Shown: positions 60,890-64,000 of the stretch, piece by piece
Layout: the number at the start of each line of letters is the position of its first letter
Numbering within the stretch: the first letter of the stretch is position 1
Translations under genes and position numbers: made by a program
IMG/VR virus record: IMGVR_UViG_3300037249_000775
DNA length: 64,000 nucleotides
Direction: 5' to 3' (one strand)
Origin: an uncultured virus (IMG/VR IMGVR_UViG_3300037249_000775)
Taxonomy: Duplodnaviria; Heunggongvirae; Uroviricota; Caudoviricetes
The notes under the pieces: model-generated
Seen by the model: only the letters and a program-made list of their open reading frames with translations
Databases searched by the model: none
Told to the model about the DNA's origin: nothing

Positions 60890-62233
60890 ATGAGTGATGT
60901 ATCATTAGAAAATGAAATTGAAGTTAAAGAAGAGGTAGTTAATGACACTGAAGAGAAAAAAGACGTAGTTACCCCAGAAGATTACAAACTAATTCGTGAT
61001 ATGATGAAAGACATGGATGAATGGAACGAAACACTTAACAAATATTCTATCAATAGTCTTCATTATGATTACGGTTTAAGTACAGATATCTTTGTTACTA
61101 TTGGAATGATTAGTGAAGAAAAGATTAAAGAAATGACTCTTGATGAAATTAAAGAATTCTTTAATAAGAATGCTGATCCTAAGTATACTAATAATATTCC
61201 TGAAATGAATACTCTTGAAGATGCTGTTAAATATATGCTGGAAGTAAAAGAAATCCAGACAAATAAATATAATACGGAAATGGATGCTAAACAGTTAAAG
61301 GCTGATACAGAGAGTATTACAAATGATTATCTTAATTATCTTTCTTCAAATAAAGTTACAGAAGCAAGAAAAAAACGTCTTAATCAGATGAAAGAAATAA
61401 CTGAAAAAGAAACAGATATTGGTAAGAAGAGAGAAATGGAGAAATTAATCAAAGCAACAGAATCTATGGATAGCTTTGATTTTGTATTTGATAGATTTGA
61501 GAAATTTACTTCCGAGAAAGAACTTAGAATTACATATGAACAGTTCTTTGATTCTAGAAGAAGTAATTATATTATGGGAAGATTTGAACGTAAAATTAGT
61601 AAATTTGGATTTGAGTATCCTATTTATAAATATTTTCTTAATTTGGAAGAGAATTTCCTTGAAGAGAAATATCATCCATTTAATAATCTTTTCCTTTTCT
61701 ATTATATGAGATATGTCGGATATGCAGATCCATATGATAAAACTCAGAATAGTTTTGTTAAGGTATTTACAAGTACACTTGCTAATCTTGTGTATCATAA
61801 ATTTCCATCTAATGATTCTGAAAAGAAATTTTTGGAAATAGTTAGAAAATTTGAAGATATGTTTATGGATAAGCGTGATTACTTTATTGAACATAATACT
61901 ACACATCCAACACATCCTGTTAGAATTGAAAAATCTCAAAAAGCAGAGGTTGACAAAAAGAATAGTGTGATTGCTAAAATGGATGAACTAGGTATTACAG
62001 GATATGATTTAAATCAAACGTCAGAAGAACTTACAAATTATATGAAATCTGAATTAGATAGAATTATTTCTGAAAATACTAAAAGGGTAGAAAAGAAATC
62101 TAATGAAGAAAATGATGAAACATCTGATAGTGATTTAATACCTGTAGAATGTATTGATGATGTAACAACTAGTGATACAGACGATGTAAATAATTCTAAT
62201 CAGGAAGAAAGTAGTGATGAAAATGATAAATAA
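60890..62233 (+). CDS. Hypothetical protein
   Basis: GAAAGGAGAG RBS before ATG 60890. Confidence 0.75.
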   Translation: MSDVSLENEIEVKEEVVNDTEEKKDVVTPEDYKLIRDMMKDMDEWNETLNKYSINSLHYDYGLSTDIFVTIGMISEEKIKEMTLDEIKEFFNKNADPKYTNNIPEMNTLEDAVKYMLEVKEIQTNKYNTEMDAKQLKADTESITNDYLNYLSSNKVTEARKKRLNQMKEITEKETDIGKKREMEKLIKATESMDSFDFVFDRFEKFTSEKELRITYEQFFDSRRSNYIMGRFERKISKFGFEYPIYKYFLNLEENFLEEKYHPFNNLFLFYYMRYVGYADPYDKTQNSFVKVFTSTLANLVYHKFPSNDSEKKFLEIVRKFEDMFMDKRDYFIEHNTTHPTHPVRIEKSQKAEVDKKNSVIAKMDELGITGYDLNQTSEELTNYMKSELDRIISENTKRVEKKSNEENDETSDSDLIPVECIDDVTTSDTDDVNNSNQEESSDENDK

Positions 62234-62624
62234 CTTTAAACTAATATTAAATAGTATTAGTCACAAATTATATGAACAGCATAGAAAATATATTTTTGAT
62301 ATTTATAGTAATTATAAACAAATTTTAGATATTCGTTCTAAATATGATGGTAATGATATATTAAGAGAAACAAAATTATTTTTACACAGATTATCAATTG
62401 AAGAACGAATGAATGATTTAAATTATTATTGTGAATATGATAATGATAATCAAATAATTAATGACGCACCATTTTTTAGCAATATTGATGATATTAGAGT
62501 TGTTAGGCATGTCGCAAGATGTAAAACTAAAGCATGGCTTGAGAAATTACTTAATGATATTCTTGAATACGAAAACGATTTAATTATTCGTTTAAATGTT
62601 GATGTAAATGATTTTGAGGGTTAA
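62214..62624 (+). CDS. Hypothetical protein
   Basis: ORF overlapping the upstream stop. Confidence 0.65.
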   Translation: MMKMINNFKLILNSISHKLYEQHRKYIFDIYSNYKQILDIRSKYDGNDILRETKLFLHRLSIEERMNDLNYYCEYDNDNQIINDAPFFSNIDDIRVVRHVARCKTKAWLEKLLNDILEYENDLIIRLNVDVNDFEG

Positions 62625-62703
62625 TTTTATTAAATAAAAACAATGCTATAAGTATGGGATAACCATACTTATAGCATTTTATTTTTATGAAAGGAGGAGG
62701 AAA

Positions 62704-63441
62704 ATGGCTGAAAACAATTATTTTAAAAAAGAGGGAGATTATATCTATTTAAATGCTCCTGAATGTAGATTTTATATACCAGAAGATTATTTCGAATCTA
62801 CTGCTGGGTTTGCCCAAGATAGAGGTGAAATGATTTATGGTATAGGTTTATTTGATATAGGATTTTTTTCTGATGATAAACTTATTGAAATGAAGATTTT
62901 AAATATACCTACATGGATTGAAATGTTTGTATATGAATCGGAAACAAAAAGTGTTTTATTACCAAGGTCAGATGAACCAACGTTATGTAGAGTACTTACA
63001 TTTTATAAAGGTTCTAAAATTATGAAATCTACAATAATCCAAGATTCAGAAAATGCTGTTACATTTTTATATTTAGTTTGTTCTGGTAAAATTCCACAAT
63101 CGGTTCCTTATAGTAAAGCATCTCAGATATGGAAGAAAAATCAATCTTTAAATGGTGTTCATTTGGGTGTTCCTGCTGTTATAGAAGAAATGGTTTTATC
63201 AGTAACTTATAGAAATAAAAATAATCTTGGAGAAAAGTTTTGTTTGGTTGCTGGTAAAGATGATAATGTTTCTGATTATGATTATAAGATGGCAAGTATT
63301 AGACAAATTTGTCAGTACTCCTCAACATTTACAGCATTAACATTTGAAGACTTTGATTCAATGGTTACTACATCTCTTAATAGAACAGCCGAACATAAAT
63401 CTGAACAAGAATCTCCTCTGGAGAAAATAATTAAAATGTAA
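62704..63441 (+). CDS. Probable RNA polymerase beta' C-terminal fragment (virion RNAP)
   Basis: GVHLGVPAVIEEMVLS and SSTFTALTFEDFDSMVTTSL...PLEKII resemble beta' GVKINDKHIEVIVRQM and [21 protein letters not shown]...LKENVI; late promoter 62639-62650. Confidence 0.5.
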   Translation: MAENNYFKKEGDYIYLNAPECRFYIPEDYFESTAGFAQDRGEMIYGIGLFDIGFFSDDKLIEMKILNIPTWIEMFVYESETKSVLLPRSDEPTLCRVLTFYKGSKIMKSTIIQDSENAVTFLYLVCSGKIPQSVPYSKASQIWKKNQSLNGVHLGVPAVIEEMVLSVTYRNKNNLGEKFCLVAGKDDNVSDYDYKMASIRQICQYSSTFTALTFEDFDSMVTTSLNRTAEHKSEQESPLEKIIKM

Positions 63442-63526
63442 AAAATTCATTCATCAATGAATAAAACAAATATATAAAATCTATTAGATAAATTAATAAT
63501 AGAAATAATAAAGGAGGTTTTGAAAC

Positions 63527-64000
63527 ATGGCACAAACAACACAGATTGTACCTAAGTTTTCGTTCCCTTATGTGGAAACACATATCAATGACTATACAAC
63601 AGTAACTAATACTGACGTTGATTATGGTGTAATGAACCCTGTTGTTAGTTATATTTTTCCGTTTGTTAGTTCAAAAGGTATTGATAATAAATTTATTAAA
63701 TATCATGGAAAAGCTAGTATCATAAAAGCTTATGGTAATAGTAACTGGAAAAAATATGGTCAGCCTCTCATGCAGGTATTAAATATTGCTAATAGTCTTA
63801 ATAGTGAAATTTGGTGTATGAGAGTAATGCCTGAAAACGCAACATATGCTCATAATATTGTTTCAGTACACTATAGAGGTGATACTGCAGATAATGTTAC
63901 TGAAGCACATAAGCGTAGATTTAGAATTAAATTTGTTAAAAGCCCTGCTCAGACTAAAAAAGTAGTAACTACTGATGACATCACAACATCAGAGGAATAT
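63527..64000 (+). CDS. Tail sheath protein (partial, runs off right edge)
   Basis: AAGGAGG RBS, late promoter 63465-63476; PYVETHIND, FVSSKG, YG...KKYGQP, WCMRVMPENATYA typical of jumbo-phage sheath N-termini. Confidence 0.7.
   Translation, partial: MAQTTQIVPKFSFPYVETHINDYTTVTNTDVDYGVMNPVVSYIFPFVSSKGIDNKFIKYHGKASIIKAYGNSNWKKYGQPLMQVLNIANSLNSEIWCMRVMPENATYAHNIVSVHYRGDTADNVTEAHKRRFRIKFVKSPAQTKKVVTTDDITTSEEY

Noticed and set aside
1..64000. Stop-codon reassignment, tRNA or rRNA genes
   Set aside because: Long conserved genes are intact in code 11 with high coding density; no cloverleaf or rRNA-like segment was recognised by eye

Overview
AT-rich segment of a jumbo bacteriophage of the phiKZ/AR9(PBS1)-related type, most likely infecting a Firmicute (strong AGGAG/AAAGGA RBSs, SPP1-type holin, LysM protein). 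It encodes a tape-measure-like giant ORF (cut by the left edge), a virion-type RNA polymerase beta subunit and a probable beta' C-terminal piece, dCTP deaminase, a kinase-like protein, a small PolB-like protein, a tubulin/FtsZ homologue, GyrB, GyrA split by a 402-nt ORF-less group I intron, head genes including the likely major capsid protein, the terminase large subunit and the start of the tail sheath gene. Two promoter classes resembling AR9 are visible: early TATATTAT and late AACA-N6-TA. The most interesting signals are non-coding. (1) A repeated, covarying tandem-pseudoknot 5' leader abuts the RBS of stand-alone early accessory genes, one of which is a Csx20-like ring nuclease (candidate type III anti-CRISPR), and its two halves are shuffled between copies. 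(2) A set of tiny late-promoter/terminator units each read as the antisense of a translation start region, suggesting a family of phage antisense sRNAs. All calls come from reading the sequence and recalling motifs; no searches were run.
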